Position numbers and translations under genes: made by a program | The notes under the pieces: model-generated | What the model was told of the DNA's origin: nothing | Seen by the model: only the letters and a program-made list of their open reading frames with translations | Databases searched by the model: none | Assembly: GCA_963779415.1 (NCBI GenBank) | Contig: CAVZYA010000001.1 | Coordinates: 1,824,001-1,888,000 of the forward strand | Direction of reading: 5' to 3' | DNA length: 64,000 nucleotides | Origin: an uncultured Acidobacteriota bacterium | GTDB taxonomy: Bacteria; Acidobacteriota; Thermoanaerobaculia; UBA5066 | Shown here: positions 30,756-40,709 of the stretch, piece by piece | How positions within the stretch are numbered: the first letter of the stretch is position 1 | Layout: the number at the start of each line of letters is the position of its first letter

Positions 30756-32547
30756 AAGTCTCCAGCCACGCCGAGAACGTCAGGAGCATCGACACCGTGT
30801 ACCCGCGCCCTTTTACGAATGGCGCGGCGAAGAAATCGTCGAGTAAAGCGGTGACGGCCGCCCGGGGAACGAGATCGTGAAGCTTCAGGCCGGGCGCGAG
30901 CAGCCACCTTTCGAGGCCAGCTCGTCCGGAAGCCGAGAGAAACTGCACTTCCCAGTTCCGTTCGACGACGTGGCGTCCTGTCGCAAGCCGGACGAGCTTG
31001 TTAAGCGCCCTCTTCGGCAGAAGCAGCGCCTCGGGTCTCGTCGCCCAGTAGAGGCTGGCGCCGCGAGCCTGCCACGTGATGCGTGCGAGATCCGGCGCAT
31101 GACGCTTCAGATAGTCGATCTGAAGTCGCCGGCCGGCAACAAATTCCGACGGGACGGTCGAGAAGAAGTCGGCCATGCGATTGTCATAGAAGGGAAGACG
31201 CGGGAACGCACCGGCCTGGAACATCCGCAGGCTGGCCAGTGTCCAGCGAAAGGACCACTGGTCGGTCTTGAACGCCTTCACGCGGAAGTCGGGGTCCTCA
31301 ATCGCCGGGAGCCGTTCCAGTTCCCGCCGGACGAACCCCTCGAGGACCGCCTCCACATCGCCACCGTCCTCCCGGTGGCCCGCACACACGTTCCGCGTCA
31401 GCCACTCTCCTCCGGCCTTCCGCATTTTCTTCAAAGCGTGCGCGACGATTTCATCTCCGTTCGCAGCGGCAGCGCCAACGAGACCCATGTCATCCAGCCA
31501 GACGTCGCCCCAGTGCGCCGCGACGACCCGGTCTGCCCGCTGCGCCAGTCGGGAGGACACCGCGGCCTGCCGGCACTGTGTGATGTCCTGAAATCCCTCG
31601 ATGCAGGACAAGACCTCGTCCAGTCGTTCGAAGAGGTAGGGGCGGATGGTCAACGCCTCGAACGAGAGCTGCCGGGCCGCCGCGACGCGGGATGCGATCC
31701 GGGTTTCGACCGAGTCCTCCGAATAGCCGTACGAATAGGCCCAGAAGTTCCCCGGACCGGACCTCGCGCCGTTCTGCTCCGTGAGGACGGCCACCGTCGT
31801 GCGGGAGTCGAGCCCGCCCGAGATCGGAACCGCGAGCCGACAGCCCGCGGCGTGCTCGGTGAGAACCTCTCGCAGAACCTCGCCAAACTGGACCACCGTT
31901 TCGTCGTAGGATCGATTTCCGTCCGGCTCATGCTGCCAGGTCCACGTTCGCTCCTCACGTAGCGGCCGGCCGCCTGCGTCGAATACTCTTCGCGTGCCCG
32001 GCCGAACGATCCGAACATCCTCGAAGAAGGTCCGGTCTTCCGGGAAGAAGCCGAAAGAAAAGAAGCCGGTCAGCCCGACCCAGTCCACCTGCCGCCGGGA
32101 GGCGCTCTCCGCAACAGCGGGAGAAAACGTGCCGATGGCCGCTCGCGGCGGGCTGTACGAATGGTAGGCGTGAATCGTTCCGAACCGGTCCGTCACCACG
32201 TGCCATTCCCGGGCCCCCTCGCTCCATCCCAACAGAAGGAAGTGTCCGTTGAGACTCCCACCCGGGCTCCGCCCGTCCGCCACGGCGAGGACTTCGTTCT
32301 CGAGGCTCCTCTCCGACAGCAGCCCGAACACTTCTCCCAGCAGCCACAGCCGCCATCCGGGCGCCCGGAATCTCCTCAACGGAAAGCCCTTCCATCCCCG
32401 CCCCGGCTCCTGTCGCCAGAGCGTCCACACATCCGACCGGTCCTCGAGAACCCACGGTACCTCACGACCACGAGCCATCCTCGGCGCGTCTCCACCGAAG
32501 ACGATGATCAGGTCCCCACACCCGCCGCGGTCAACCGTGTCGCTCAC
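30748..32547 (-). CDS. Asparagine-synthase-related ATP-dependent amide ligase (degenerate glutaminase domain)
   Basis: LNG.F, DRFG...(Ntn-fold remnant), ISGGLDSR PP-loop, PFYD..M.DF; no N-terminal Cys nucleophile. Confidence 0.82.
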   Translation of the reverse strand: MSDTVDRGGCGDLIIVFGGDAPRMARGREVPWVLEDRSDVWTLWRQEPGRGWKGFPLRRFRAPGWRLWLLGEVFGLLSERSLENEVLAVADGRSPGGSLNGHFLLLGWSEGAREWHVVTDRFGTIHAYHSYSPPRAAIGTFSPAVAESASRRQVDWVGLTGFFSFGFFPEDRTFFEDVRIVRPGTRRVFDAGGRPLREERTWTWQHEPDGNRSYDETVVQFGEVLREVLTEHAAGCRLAVPISGGLDSRTTVAVLTEQNGARSGPGNFWAYSYGYSEDSVETRIASRVAAARQLSFEALTIRPYLFERLDEVLSCIEGFQDITQCRQAAVSSRLAQRADRVVAAHWGDVWLDDMGLVGAAAANGDEIVAHALKKMRKAGGEWLTRNVCAGHREDGGDVEAVLEGFVRRELERLPAIEDPDFRVKAFKTDQWSFRWTLASLRMFQAGAFPRLPFYDNRMADFFSTVPSEFVAGRRLQIDYLKRHAPDLARITWQARGASLYWATRPEALLLPKRALNKLVRLATGRHVVERNWEVQFLSASGRAGLERWLLAPGLKLHDLVPRAAVTALLDDFFAAPFVKGRGYTVSMLLTFSAWLETYG

Positions 32548-33665
32548 GCCCGACCTTCCCTGACAAGCTTCGCGTACATATCCTCGTACGCCCGAGCCTC
32601 TTGCTCCAACGTGAAAAGCTCGAGGACCCGCCGCCGCGCCTCTTCGCCGAACGACATTCGGGCGCTCGGAGACTCCAATGCTGTCAGAGCGCCAGCCAAA
32701 GCCTCGTGGTCCCCCGGCGGAACGAGAAGCCCGCTTCGACCGTTCACCACGGGCTCACGGCATCCGGGCACGTCCGACGTGACGCACGCACGCCCGCTGC
32801 TCATGGCTTCCAGCAGGGCGACCGGGCAGCCCTCGCCCGGCGGTACGGACGGCAGGACGAAGATGTCGAGCTCCGCGAGTAGAGCCGGTACGTCGGTGAC
32901 TGGCCCCAACATATGTACCCGTGCCGTCACGCCGAGTTCGGTGGCCAATCTCTGCAGCTCTGCCACAAAGTTCACGTCGCCCATCGCCCCCGCGAGGATC
33001 ACATGTGCGCCGGGCACGTCCCTGATCGCACGGATCAACGTCGCCTGTCCCTTGATCGGGAGAAGGTTCGCGACACAACCAACGAGCAGTGAGTTCTTCG
33101 AGATTCCGAGGCCTGTTCGGAGAGTCAATCGATGTGGTACATCTGGCGCGTACCGCATCGCGTCTACGCCCGGCCGTATGAGCGTCGCCTTCCTGCGAAA
33201 AAGCGGCCCCTTATAGAACATCTGAAGCATGTCGCTGTTCTGGACGGCCACGTGGCCCGCGAGAACGCTCCGCACGAGCCACGCCCGCCGGTTCCACGCC
33301 ATGTTCTTTTTTGTGAACACCCAGGCTCGCGCACCCGAAGCCCGGGCCACGAGAGGCTCGGTGTAGTCGTCCAGATAGTGAAACGAATGCCAGAGATCGA
33401 ACCCGTAGGGACGGAAAGTCGCCGCCGCACGCTTCACCCGCCCGTAGAGCCCGTACAGCGGCCGAGCCGCGGTACTCGTCTCGGCCTCGAGGAGCGGGAT
33501 GCCCATCTCCTCCACCACGGCGTCCAGCCCCCCCCCTCGCCGGTTGACGCAGACGAACGGCGTGAATCTCCGCCGGTCGAGCCGCTCGATGACATTCAAC
33601 ATCGCCCGGCCCGAACCGGCCGTGATGAAGTTCGGGATCGTAAAGAGGACTCGCGTCGGCCTCAT
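32544..33665 (-). CDS. Glycosyltransferase family 4 (tandem paralog B)
   Basis: LFTIPNFITAGSG, KGQ..L, DIFVLPS...EG.PVALLEAM..G. Confidence 0.9.
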   Translation of the reverse strand: MRPTRVLFTIPNFITAGSGRAMLNVIERLDRRRFTPFVCVNRRGGGLDAVVEEMGIPLLEAETSTAARPLYGLYGRVKRAAATFRPYGFDLWHSFHYLDDYTEPLVARASGARAWVFTKKNMAWNRRAWLVRSVLAGHVAVQNSDMLQMFYKGPLFRRKATLIRPGVDAMRYAPDVPHRLTLRTGLGISKNSLLVGCVANLLPIKGQATLIRAIRDVPGAHVILAGAMGDVNFVAELQRLATELGVTARVHMLGPVTDVPALLAELDIFVLPSVPPGEGCPVALLEAMSSGRACVTSDVPGCREPVVNGRSGLLVPPGDHEALAGALTALESPSARMSFGEEARRRVLELFTLEQEARAYEDMYAKLVREGRA

Positions 33666-34857
33666 GCGATTCGCGTCACCTGAAGGCCGCCAATACGCTC
33701 CGCGAGGCAGCACCGTTCCGTCACCGTTCGCCGTTCCCGATCATTCCGTCACGAAACTTCTCTCCGAGAGCCTCTCTATACAACCGTATGTATGCCGCTG
33801 TTTCTCGTTCGATCGTGTAGCGCTCCACGATCCGAGCGCGACCTGCCTTTCCCAATCGCTGTCGAAGCGCGCCATCTTTCACCAGCCGTGCAAGCGCCCG
33901 GGAAAGAGAGACTGGATCACGAGGCGCTACAAGGAGACCGCTTCTTTCGGACTCAATGACATCATGACAACCGGGGATATTCGTGGCCACGCAGGCCACG
34001 CCACAAGACATCGCCTCGAGAAGAGCAATCGGACAACCCTCCATCCGCCAACGATCCCACGTCGCGACGACCCCGATGTCGAGCTCCGCCCACAGGCCCG
34101 GAACGTCTGCAACATTTCCAAGAAAGCGAACTCTGGCCTCGAGACCCGCCCGGGCTACCCTGTCATGAAGGCTTGTCGCGTAATCTTTGTCGCGGGGATC
34201 GCCCGCGACCACCAGATGCAGTTCGGGAACCTGTTCGATGGCCTCCAGAAGCGTGGGGTGCCCCTTGACCGGAAGGAGATGGCCCACACAGCCGGCTACG
34301 ATGGCTCCCGGCGGAAACCCAAGTTCGGCTCGGAGGTCATGCCGCCGCGGCAGGCCCGGCCGAAACCGCTCCGTGTCGACGCCAGGCGGAAGAAGCGTCG
34401 CCTTCCCGCGAAGAAGCGGCCCTCCGAGAAAGTCCCGCAGGATGTCCGTATTCTGAGAGGCAATCCGGCTCGCGAGAATGCTTCGCAGGAACCACGAACG
34501 ACGATTCCAACTCATGTTCTTCTTCGTGTACACCCAGGCGGCTGCGCCCGCCGCGCGGGCCACGAGAGGCTCGGTGTAGTCGTCGCTGTAGTGGTAGGAG
34601 TGCCAGATGTGAAACCCGTAAGGACGGAATGTGGTGGCGGCGCGCAAAATGCGCGCGCGTAAGCTCGGGAGCGGCCGCGCCGCGACGAGCATCGGCGCCT
34701 CCAGGAACGGGATGCCCAACTCCTCCACGGTTGCGTCCAGAACCCCGCCCTTCCTCAGGACGCACACCGCCGGAGCGAACTCGTTTCTGTCGAGTCGCTT
34801 GACGATGTTGAGCATCGCGTCGCCGGAACCGGCCGTGATGAAGTTCGGGATCGTAAA
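33343..34857. repeat. Identical blocks shared by the tandem GT4 paralogs (29 bp at 33343/34556; 32 bp at 33613/34826)
   Basis: cgggccacgagaggctcggtgtagtcgtc and gaaccggccgtgatgaagttcgggatcgtaaa each occur twice at the same 1213-bp offset. Confidence 0.9.
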
Positions 34858-34878
34858 CAGGATCCGGATCTGACTCAT
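33721..34878 (-). CDS. Glycosyltransferase family 4 (tandem paralog A)
   Basis: LFTIPNFITAGSG, KGH..L, EG.PIALLEAMSCG, ATNIPG..DVI. Confidence 0.9.
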   Translation of the reverse strand: MSQIRILFTIPNFITAGSGDAMLNIVKRLDRNEFAPAVCVLRKGGVLDATVEELGIPFLEAPMLVAARPLPSLRARILRAATTFRPYGFHIWHSYHYSDDYTEPLVARAAGAAAWVYTKKNMSWNRRSWFLRSILASRIASQNTDILRDFLGGPLLRGKATLLPPGVDTERFRPGLPRRHDLRAELGFPPGAIVAGCVGHLLPVKGHPTLLEAIEQVPELHLVVAGDPRDKDYATSLHDRVARAGLEARVRFLGNVADVPGLWAELDIGVVATWDRWRMEGCPIALLEAMSCGVACVATNIPGCHDVIESERSGLLVAPRDPVSLSRALARLVKDGALRQRLGKAGRARIVERYTIERETAAYIRLYREALGEKFRDGMIGNGER

Positions 34879-36062
34879 TCGATCCCCGCCACCCGCCGGG
34901 AATTGCGCCGGCCCACAGCGAAACGCAGCGCACGCCGCCATGCGGGGTCAAGCGGCGTGAGAAGCCTCATCTCCCGGGTCACGATGTCGCAATAGATCCC
35001 GCCGCAATCGATCGCCTCGCCGAGTTCCGGGCTCGTGAGGTAGAGAGGCCGTTGAGGTTTCAGGGCGTCAAGCAGCTCGTTCAGGTCGCGGAGGCCCTGT
35101 TCGCAATATCGGCCGGTGTAGTTGATCCGGTGGGTGTCGACCACCGCCGGAATTCTCTGCTCGAAACAGGACCGGATGCGCGGGAGAGCCGCTGCGATTC
35201 CCTGATGAGGGCGCTCGGGTCGCGGTTCGAACTTGATGGACCGGCGGAGATAGCGAAGCCCGGCGGGCGATTTCTCGCCCATGGCATGCTCGACCCAGAA
35301 ATCCCCGTATCCGGCGTTGTCGCGTCGCACGACATGATAGTTGCCGCCCTGAATGAAGCGGAGCCCGGCCTTTCGCCACGCCCGTTCGGTTCGTGCTGAG
35401 AAGACGTAATGGGGAGCGATGGTCGAAAGAGGTCTCCGGCCAAAGAGCCGCTCGAGAGCGTCCAGGGACGTCTTCAGGTCCCCTTCGAGCGTCTCCTCGT
35501 CCGGCTCGACGCCGGTACGCCAGGAGACGTACTCCGTGTGATAGCGATGCCCCTGGCCTTTCAGGAGCGACAGGCCGCCATGCCGGCGCTCGGAAGAAAG
35601 CTGGCGTGCTCCGGGGACGTCGCGCCGCAGATCCGCCAGCCACTCCTCGACGGAAAAGTGGCGCCGGCCATGGAGCTCCGCGCAGAAAACCCCCCGCTCG
35701 ACCCCCTCCCGATATGCCGAGCGGAGATCCTCCCGAGCGCCGATCGGAATCTCGTGATAGGCCTCATAGCGATCCCGTGCGATCGCGTCATGATCCGGGT
35801 TCGCGACGATGAAGTTCGCCGAGAACGCCGCCGGCCGGCCCGCCGCGTCGCGGTGCTGCTCGAGGACGTCGAAGAGGCGCCGCAGATCGTCCGCCGTCTC
35901 CATCTCCTCATCGGCCCGCTCACCCGGCTCGCCGAAAGCCCTGAGCCGTTCCGAGGACGCCCGGCGCTCGAGGCCCCAGTCGTCGGTCTCGAGAACGAGC
36001 ACCGGTTCTGCGCACCGCCAGTGCGCGAAACTGCCGAACCCCGGCCACTTCCTCGACGACAT
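34875..36062 (-). CDS. Polysaccharide-deacetylase-like (NodB/CE4-fold) protein
   Basis: ETDDWG acidic motif, LHG..H metal motif, F.R...S..AP, H.INY; located inside the GT operon. Confidence 0.65.
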   Translation of the reverse strand: MSSRKWPGFGSFAHWRCAEPVLVLETDDWGLERRASSERLRAFGEPGERADEEMETADDLRRLFDVLEQHRDAAGRPAAFSANFIVANPDHDAIARDRYEAYHEIPIGAREDLRSAYREGVERGVFCAELHGRRHFSVEEWLADLRRDVPGARQLSSERRHGGLSLLKGQGHRYHTEYVSWRTGVEPDEETLEGDLKTSLDALERLFGRRPLSTIAPHYVFSARTERAWRKAGLRFIQGGNYHVVRRDNAGYGDFWVEHAMGEKSPAGLRYLRRSIKFEPRPERPHQGIAAALPRIRSCFEQRIPAVVDTHRINYTGRYCEQGLRDLNELLDALKPQRPLYLTSPELGEAIDCGGIYCDIVTREMRLLTPLDPAWRRALRFAVGRRNSRRVAGIE

Positions 36063-36160
36063 TCCGGCCTCTGTTCCTCCCGACCTGATCGAGAGACTCG
36101 ACTATTTCGTGGTTCCCGGAAACTCCGGCCGCATCACGTCCTCCTCCGCCTTGGGATCCT

Positions 36161-37417
36161 TCAGGGCGCCGGCACGCGGGCAAGGGTCTCCACCGACCAG
36201 GACCCCGCGGGCGGTATCACGCCCGGGTAGTAGACATCGATCTCTCGAGGTCCGCCCAGATTGATCGTCCTCGACTCTTCTCCCTTGCAGATCCAACGCT
36301 GCCGGTGGACGCCCAGCAGGAAGACGATGCTGTAGGCACCGGGCTGAAGAAGCCCGCCCGGCAGGCGACAGATGGAAAGATATCGCCCCGGGGGTCGCTT
36401 CTGCATGCCGACCTTCTGCAGGTCATAGGTCCGGAAGACGTGACTCCCGTCCGAGGCCACGACGTCGAAGCCAAGAAGCAGTCTCTCGATGGGTTCGTGG
36501 ATCTCGTACTCGAACCGGAGATCGAAGGCTTCCCGCCAGTCGATCGCTTCGGCAGCTTCGTGTGAACCCTGGATGACCGTAACCGAAGTGAGCGTGATCC
36601 GCGGGTCATGGACCACCGGCCCCCCGGAGCCGCTGTCCTTGCTTGCCCCGCCGACGAGGTATGCACTGATGACCTCCGCCGAGGGACCCTGTCGGGCCAG
36701 GCGCCCGCGCTCGAACAGGAACGTCGAGGAACAGAGGCGGTTCACGGCCTGCAGGTTGTGACTCACGAACAGGATCGTCCTCCCCGTGCGTGACACCTCG
36801 TCCATCTTCCCGAGGCACCTCGCCTGGAACTCGGCGTCGCCGACGGCGAGGACCTCGTCGACGAGGAGGATTTCCGGTTCGAGATGTGCGGCCACGGCGA
36901 AGGCGAGCCGGAGATACATGCCGCTCGAATAGTGCTTGACCGCCGTGTCGACGAAACGCTCCACCTCCGCGAACGCGACGATTGCGTCGAATTGCCGGAG
37001 GATCTCGGCCCGCCGCATTCCCAGGATCGCCCCGTTCATGAAGATGTTTTCCCGGCCGGTCAGCTCCGGATGGAAACCCGTGCCGACCTCGAGAAGCGAA
37101 CGCACGCGGCCGCGGACCTGGGCTTCTCCTCTCGTCGGCTCCGTGATTCGCGAGAGGACCTTGAGGAGCGTGCTCTTGCCCGCGCCGTTTCGGCCGATGA
37201 TCCCCACGACGTTGCCCGCCGCGATGTCGAAGCTGACGTCGCGGAGCGCCCAGAAGGTCTCCGGCCGGACGCGGCCGGACACGATGCGCTTTGCCATGGC
37301 GGCGGGCCACCGGGCCGCGCCGGAGAGCGTCTCGCGGATCGTCTTGTACGAGGCCGATCGGCCGCCGAGGCGGTACTCTTTTCCGAGGTCCCGGGCCCGG
37401 ATTACGACGTCATCCAT
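36161..37417 (-). CDS. wzt: Polysaccharide ABC exporter ATP-binding subunit with C-terminal Wzt_C domain
   Basis: FWALRDVSF, GRNGAGKSTLL, LLEVGTGFHPELTGRENI, YSSGM..RLAF, DEVLAVGD..FQ, VSH, plus a C-terminal beta-sandwich. Confidence 0.95.
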   Translation of the reverse strand: MDDVVIRARDLGKEYRLGGRSASYKTIRETLSGAARWPAAMAKRIVSGRVRPETFWALRDVSFDIAAGNVVGIIGRNGAGKSTLLKVLSRITEPTRGEAQVRGRVRSLLEVGTGFHPELTGRENIFMNGAILGMRRAEILRQFDAIVAFAEVERFVDTAVKHYSSGMYLRLAFAVAAHLEPEILLVDEVLAVGDAEFQARCLGKMDEVSRTGRTILFVSHNLQAVNRLCSSTFLFERGRLARQGPSAEVISAYLVGGASKDSGSGGPVVHDPRITLTSVTVIQGSHEAAEAIDWREAFDLRFEYEIHEPIERLLLGFDVVASDGSHVFRTYDLQKVGMQKRPPGRYLSICRLPGGLLQPGAYSIVFLLGVHRQRWICKGEESRTINLGGPREIDVYYPGVIPPAGSWSVETLARVPAP

Positions 37418-37426
37418 CGACGCCCC

Positions 37427-38305
37427 TCAGACGACATCCGCGAAGGTCCTCTCCATCCGCCGGAAATAGAACGCCCCCGACAGAAGAAAGACCAGCGTCA
37501 CGGACGCGCTCGCGACCAGGATCGGGCCCGGGCCGGAGCCGCTCCCCAGGAGCGCCCAGCGGAATCCTTCGACCACCCCCGTCATGGGGTTGAGCCCGCT
37601 GAGCCACACCGGGAGGCCCAGTTCGGTCAGCTTTGCCGACAGGCGGCTCGTCGGATAGATGACGGGGGTCACGAAGAGCCAGAGCTGGACGAAGAACGGA
37701 ACGACGTACCGCACGTCCCGGTATTCCACGTTGAGCGCCGCGAGCCAGAGTCCGGAGCCGAGCGCGGCCAGGACGGCCAGAAGAAGGAAGAGCGGGAGCC
37801 AGAGGAGAGCCAACGTGGGCGGCACCCGGTACCAGACCATCATCCCCACGAGGACCGAGAAGGCGACGAAAAAGTCCACCAGCCCCGTCAGGACCGACGC
37901 GAGGGGAACGATCAGGCGCGGGAAATAGACCTTCTTGATGAGATTCGAGGATCCGACGAGGCTGTTGGCGGCCTGGGTGAGACCCTGTGCGAACAGTGTC
38001 CAGGGCAAGAGGCCCGCGTAGGAGAAGAGCGGATACGGCAGTCCGTCGGAGCCGACGCGGGCCAGCCCGCCGAAGAAGATCGTGAAGATGAGCATCGTCA
38101 GCAGCGGCTGGAGGATCGCCCACATCGCCCCCAGAGCGGTTTGCTTGTAGCGGACCTTGACGTCGCGCCACGCGATGAAGAACAACAGCTCCCGGAACTC
38201 CCATACGTCGCGGAGCCCCAGCGACGCCCAACCCTTCGTCGGGCGAATCACGATCCACCGGGCGCTGGCCGCCTCGCGCTCCCGGTTCATCACCGCGTTC
38301 CTCAT
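37427..38305 (-). CDS. wzm: Polysaccharide ABC exporter permease
   Basis: RELL....WRD.KVRYKQT.LG..WA..QPL, LIKKVYFPR, YRDV, TPV.YP, LNP....EGFR, ER.FADVV. Confidence 0.95.
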   Translation of the reverse strand: MRNAVMNREREAASARWIVIRPTKGWASLGLRDVWEFRELLFFIAWRDVKVRYKQTALGAMWAILQPLLTMLIFTIFFGGLARVGSDGLPYPLFSYAGLLPWTLFAQGLTQAANSLVGSSNLIKKVYFPRLIVPLASVLTGLVDFFVAFSVLVGMMVWYRVPPTLALLWLPLFLLLAVLAALGSGLWLAALNVEYRDVRYVVPFFVQLWLFVTPVIYPTSRLSAKLTELGLPVWLSGLNPMTGVVEGFRWALLGSGSGPGPILVASASVTLVFLLSGAFYFRRMERTFADVV

Positions 38306-39294
38306 GCCGGCCTCATCGTCGCACCGCGTCCCCCGACAGCCCCGTCGTAATGCTTTTTCGCGATCGCGAGACCGTCGGAAAGCTCCACACGAGGATTCCA
38401 CCCCAGAGAATCCCGGACGCGCGTCAGATCGGCCAGCGAATGAGGGACATCGCCGGGGCGGGGCGGCGCGTATTGGGGCGCGAGCCCGGAGCCGGCGGCG
38501 TCGCGCACGAGCCTCGCGAGTTCCGTCACGGTGGTGCGCCGGCCGCCAGCCACGTTGTAAGCCCGACCGCATGCCGAAACGGCTGCCTCGGCAGCGGCCA
38601 GGTTCGCGGCCACGGCATCCGAGACGAACGTGAAGTCGCGCGACTGCTGGCCATCACCGTGAATAACGGGTGCTTCCCCGGCGAGACATGCCTTGAAAAA
38701 GCACGGGATGACGGCCGCGTATGGGCCGTCGGGATCCTGACGCGGACCGTAGACGTTGAAGTATCGAAGACCCACGACCTGCATCCCGAAACAGCGGGCA
38801 AAGACGTCCGCGAGCTGCTCGTTCATGACCTTCGACACCGCGTAGGGAGAAAGGGGCCTGCCCTCCTCCCCTTCCCGCTTCGGGAGCGCCGCGCTGTCGC
38901 CATAGACGCTCGACGAAGAGGCATAGACCACCCGGGTCACCTTTGCGTCCCGCGCCGCCGCGAATACGTTCGCGGTCCCTGCGACGTTGACCGCGATCGT
39001 CGCCGCCGGATCGCTCATCGAGCGCGGGACGGATCCCCTCGCCGCCTGATGGAAGACAAACGCGGCACCGTCGCAAGCGCGGCGGCAACATTCCGCGTCG
39101 CGGATGTCCCCTTCCAGAAAGTTGATTCGTGGAAGGACCCCGGCCACATTCTCGCGCCTGCCGGTCGAGAGGTCGTCGAGAACGCGAACGTGCGCACCTC
39201 TCTCGAGCAGGGCGTCGACGAGGTGAGAGCCGATGAAGCCCGCTCCGCCTGTCACGAGAACGAGCTTTCCCCGGAGGACGTCGCTCGCGGGCAT
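38302..39294 (-). CDS. NAD-dependent UDP-HexNAc(A) 4-epimerase (WbpP/TviC-like)
   Basis: VTGGAGFIGSH, HQAA.GSVPRS, ASSSSVYG, SPYAVSK, LRYFNVYGPRQDP...YAAVIP, GDG.QSRDFT.V. Confidence 0.92.
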   Translation of the reverse strand: MPASDVLRGKLVLVTGGAGFIGSHLVDALLERGAHVRVLDDLSTGRRENVAGVLPRINFLEGDIRDAECCRRACDGAAFVFHQAARGSVPRSMSDPAATIAVNVAGTANVFAAARDAKVTRVVYASSSSVYGDSAALPKREGEEGRPLSPYAVSKVMNEQLADVFARCFGMQVVGLRYFNVYGPRQDPDGPYAAVIPCFFKACLAGEAPVIHGDGQQSRDFTFVSDAVAANLAAAEAAVSACGRAYNVAGGRRTTVTELARLVRDAAGSGLAPQYAPPRPGDVPHSLADLTRVRDSLGWNPRVELSDGLAIAKKHYDGAVGGRGATMRPA

Positions 39295-39301
39295 TCTCTC
39301 C

Positions 39302-40639
39302 TCAGGCCTTCACGACGTTCTTTCGCGGCTCCCGATACACGCCGCGGGTGTCGATGATGAGGGGCGCCGCGCGCGCCACGAGGTCGTAGTCGACCGCAGT
39401 GTGGTTCGTAACGAGGACGACGGCGTCCGACTTCGAGAGCGTCTCGGCCGTCAGCGGAACCGACGTCATCTGCGGCAGGTCGGGCCAGGAGCGCATATGC
39501 GGCGCCCTGGGCACGTGGGGGTCGTGATACGAGACGTCTGCCTTCAGATGCAGGAGCTTGTGGATGACCTCGAAGGCCGGGCTCTCGCGCGGGTCGTCGA
39601 TGTCCTTCTTGTAGGCGAGGCCCAGGACGAGGATGCGGCTCCCCTTAACGGCCTTTCCCCGCTCGTTGAGCGCCTCCTGCAGCTTCGTCACGACGTAGGA
39701 GGGCATCTCGACGTTGACTTCGCCCGCAAGCTCGATGAAGCGCGGCGCGAGCCCGTACTCGCGGGCTTTCCAGGAGAGGTAGAACGGGTCGAGCGGAATG
39801 CAGTGGCCGCCCCACCCCGGTCCGGGATTGAAACGCATGAAGCCGAACGGCTTCGTCGAGGCCGCGTCGAGGACCTCCCAGACGTCGATCCCCATCCGGT
39901 CGAAGACCATCTTCAGCTCGTTGACGAGGGCGATGTTCACCGCCCGGAAAATGTTCTCGACGAGCTTCGACGCCTCTGCGGCGCGCGCCGAAGAGACGCG
40001 GACGGTCTGCACGATGATCTGATCGTAGAGGAGCTGGGCGAGGTCGCCCGACACCGTGTCGAACCCGCCGACGACCTTCGGGATGGAGGCCGTGCCGAAA
40101 TCCTTGTTTCCCGGATCCTCTCGCTCCGGGGAGAAAGCGAGAAAGAACTCCCGGCCGGCGCGCAGGGCCGGAGTTTCCAGGATTCCGCGCAGAAGCTCGT
40201 CCGTCGTCCCCGGATACGTGCTCGACTCCAGAATGACGAGCTGCCCGGGCCGAAGCGCCGCGGCGATCTGCCGCGCCGTCGAGACGACGTATTTCATGTC
40301 CGGCTCGCGCTGCAGAGTCAGCGGCGTCGGCACGCAGATGAGAAGGGCGTCCGGCTCCGCGAGGCGCGCGAAGTCCGTCGTCGTCGAAAGCCGTCCCGTG
40401 GAGAGCGCCGCCTTCAGCCGCCCACCGTCCATGTGCTTGATGTAGCACTCGCCCCGGGAGAGGGCGTCGACCTTGGTGGCGTCCACGTCGAAGCCGAGGA
40501 CCGTGAAGCCCTTCTCGATGAAGGTGAGTGCCAGCGGGAGGCCGACGTATCCGAGGCCGAGGATCCCGACGGTGGCCGTATGGTCGGCGAAACGCCTTCG
40601 AAGAGCCTCGCCGAGGTCAGAAGAATCGGTGTTCACCAT
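39302..40639 (-). CDS. UDP-N-acetylhexosamine 6-dehydrogenase (WbpA/TviB/WecC family)
   Basis: GLGYVGLPLA, CVPTPL, ESSTYPGTT, FSPEREDPGN, K..EN.FR.VNIA, GGHCIP.DP.YL, GLAYKKD.DD.RESP. Confidence 0.94.
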   Translation of the reverse strand: MVNTDSSDLGEALRRRFADHTATVGILGLGYVGLPLALTFIEKGFTVLGFDVDATKVDALSRGECYIKHMDGGRLKAALSTGRLSTTTDFARLAEPDALLICVPTPLTLQREPDMKYVVSTARQIAAALRPGQLVILESSTYPGTTDELLRGILETPALRAGREFFLAFSPEREDPGNKDFGTASIPKVVGGFDTVSGDLAQLLYDQIIVQTVRVSSARAAEASKLVENIFRAVNIALVNELKMVFDRMGIDVWEVLDAASTKPFGFMRFNPGPGWGGHCIPLDPFYLSWKAREYGLAPRFIELAGEVNVEMPSYVVTKLQEALNERGKAVKGSRILVLGLAYKKDIDDPRESPAFEVIHKLLHLKADVSYHDPHVPRAPHMRSWPDLPQMTSVPLTAETLSKSDAVVLVTNHTAVDYDLVARAAPLIIDTRGVYREPRKNVVKA

Positions 40640-40709
40640 TCGCGTCTCGTTTCGAGCAGAACTCTCTTCCCCGCAGGGTGAAAAAGGAGCAGGGACACCG
40701 CAACCATGC

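Noticed and set aside
30748-32547. AsnB-like enzyme as a lasso-peptide cyclase, or the ATP-grasp enzyme as a RiPP ligase
   Set aside because: No precursor peptide, B1/B2 (PqqD/transglutaminase-like) proteins or peptide exporter nearby; the context is entirely glycan biosynthesis.
33528-33536. G9 run (coding strand) in a GT4 as a phase-variation tract
   Set aside because: It is in frame (RGGG), the paralog encodes similar residues, and such runs are unremarkable in high-GC DNA without read-level length variation.
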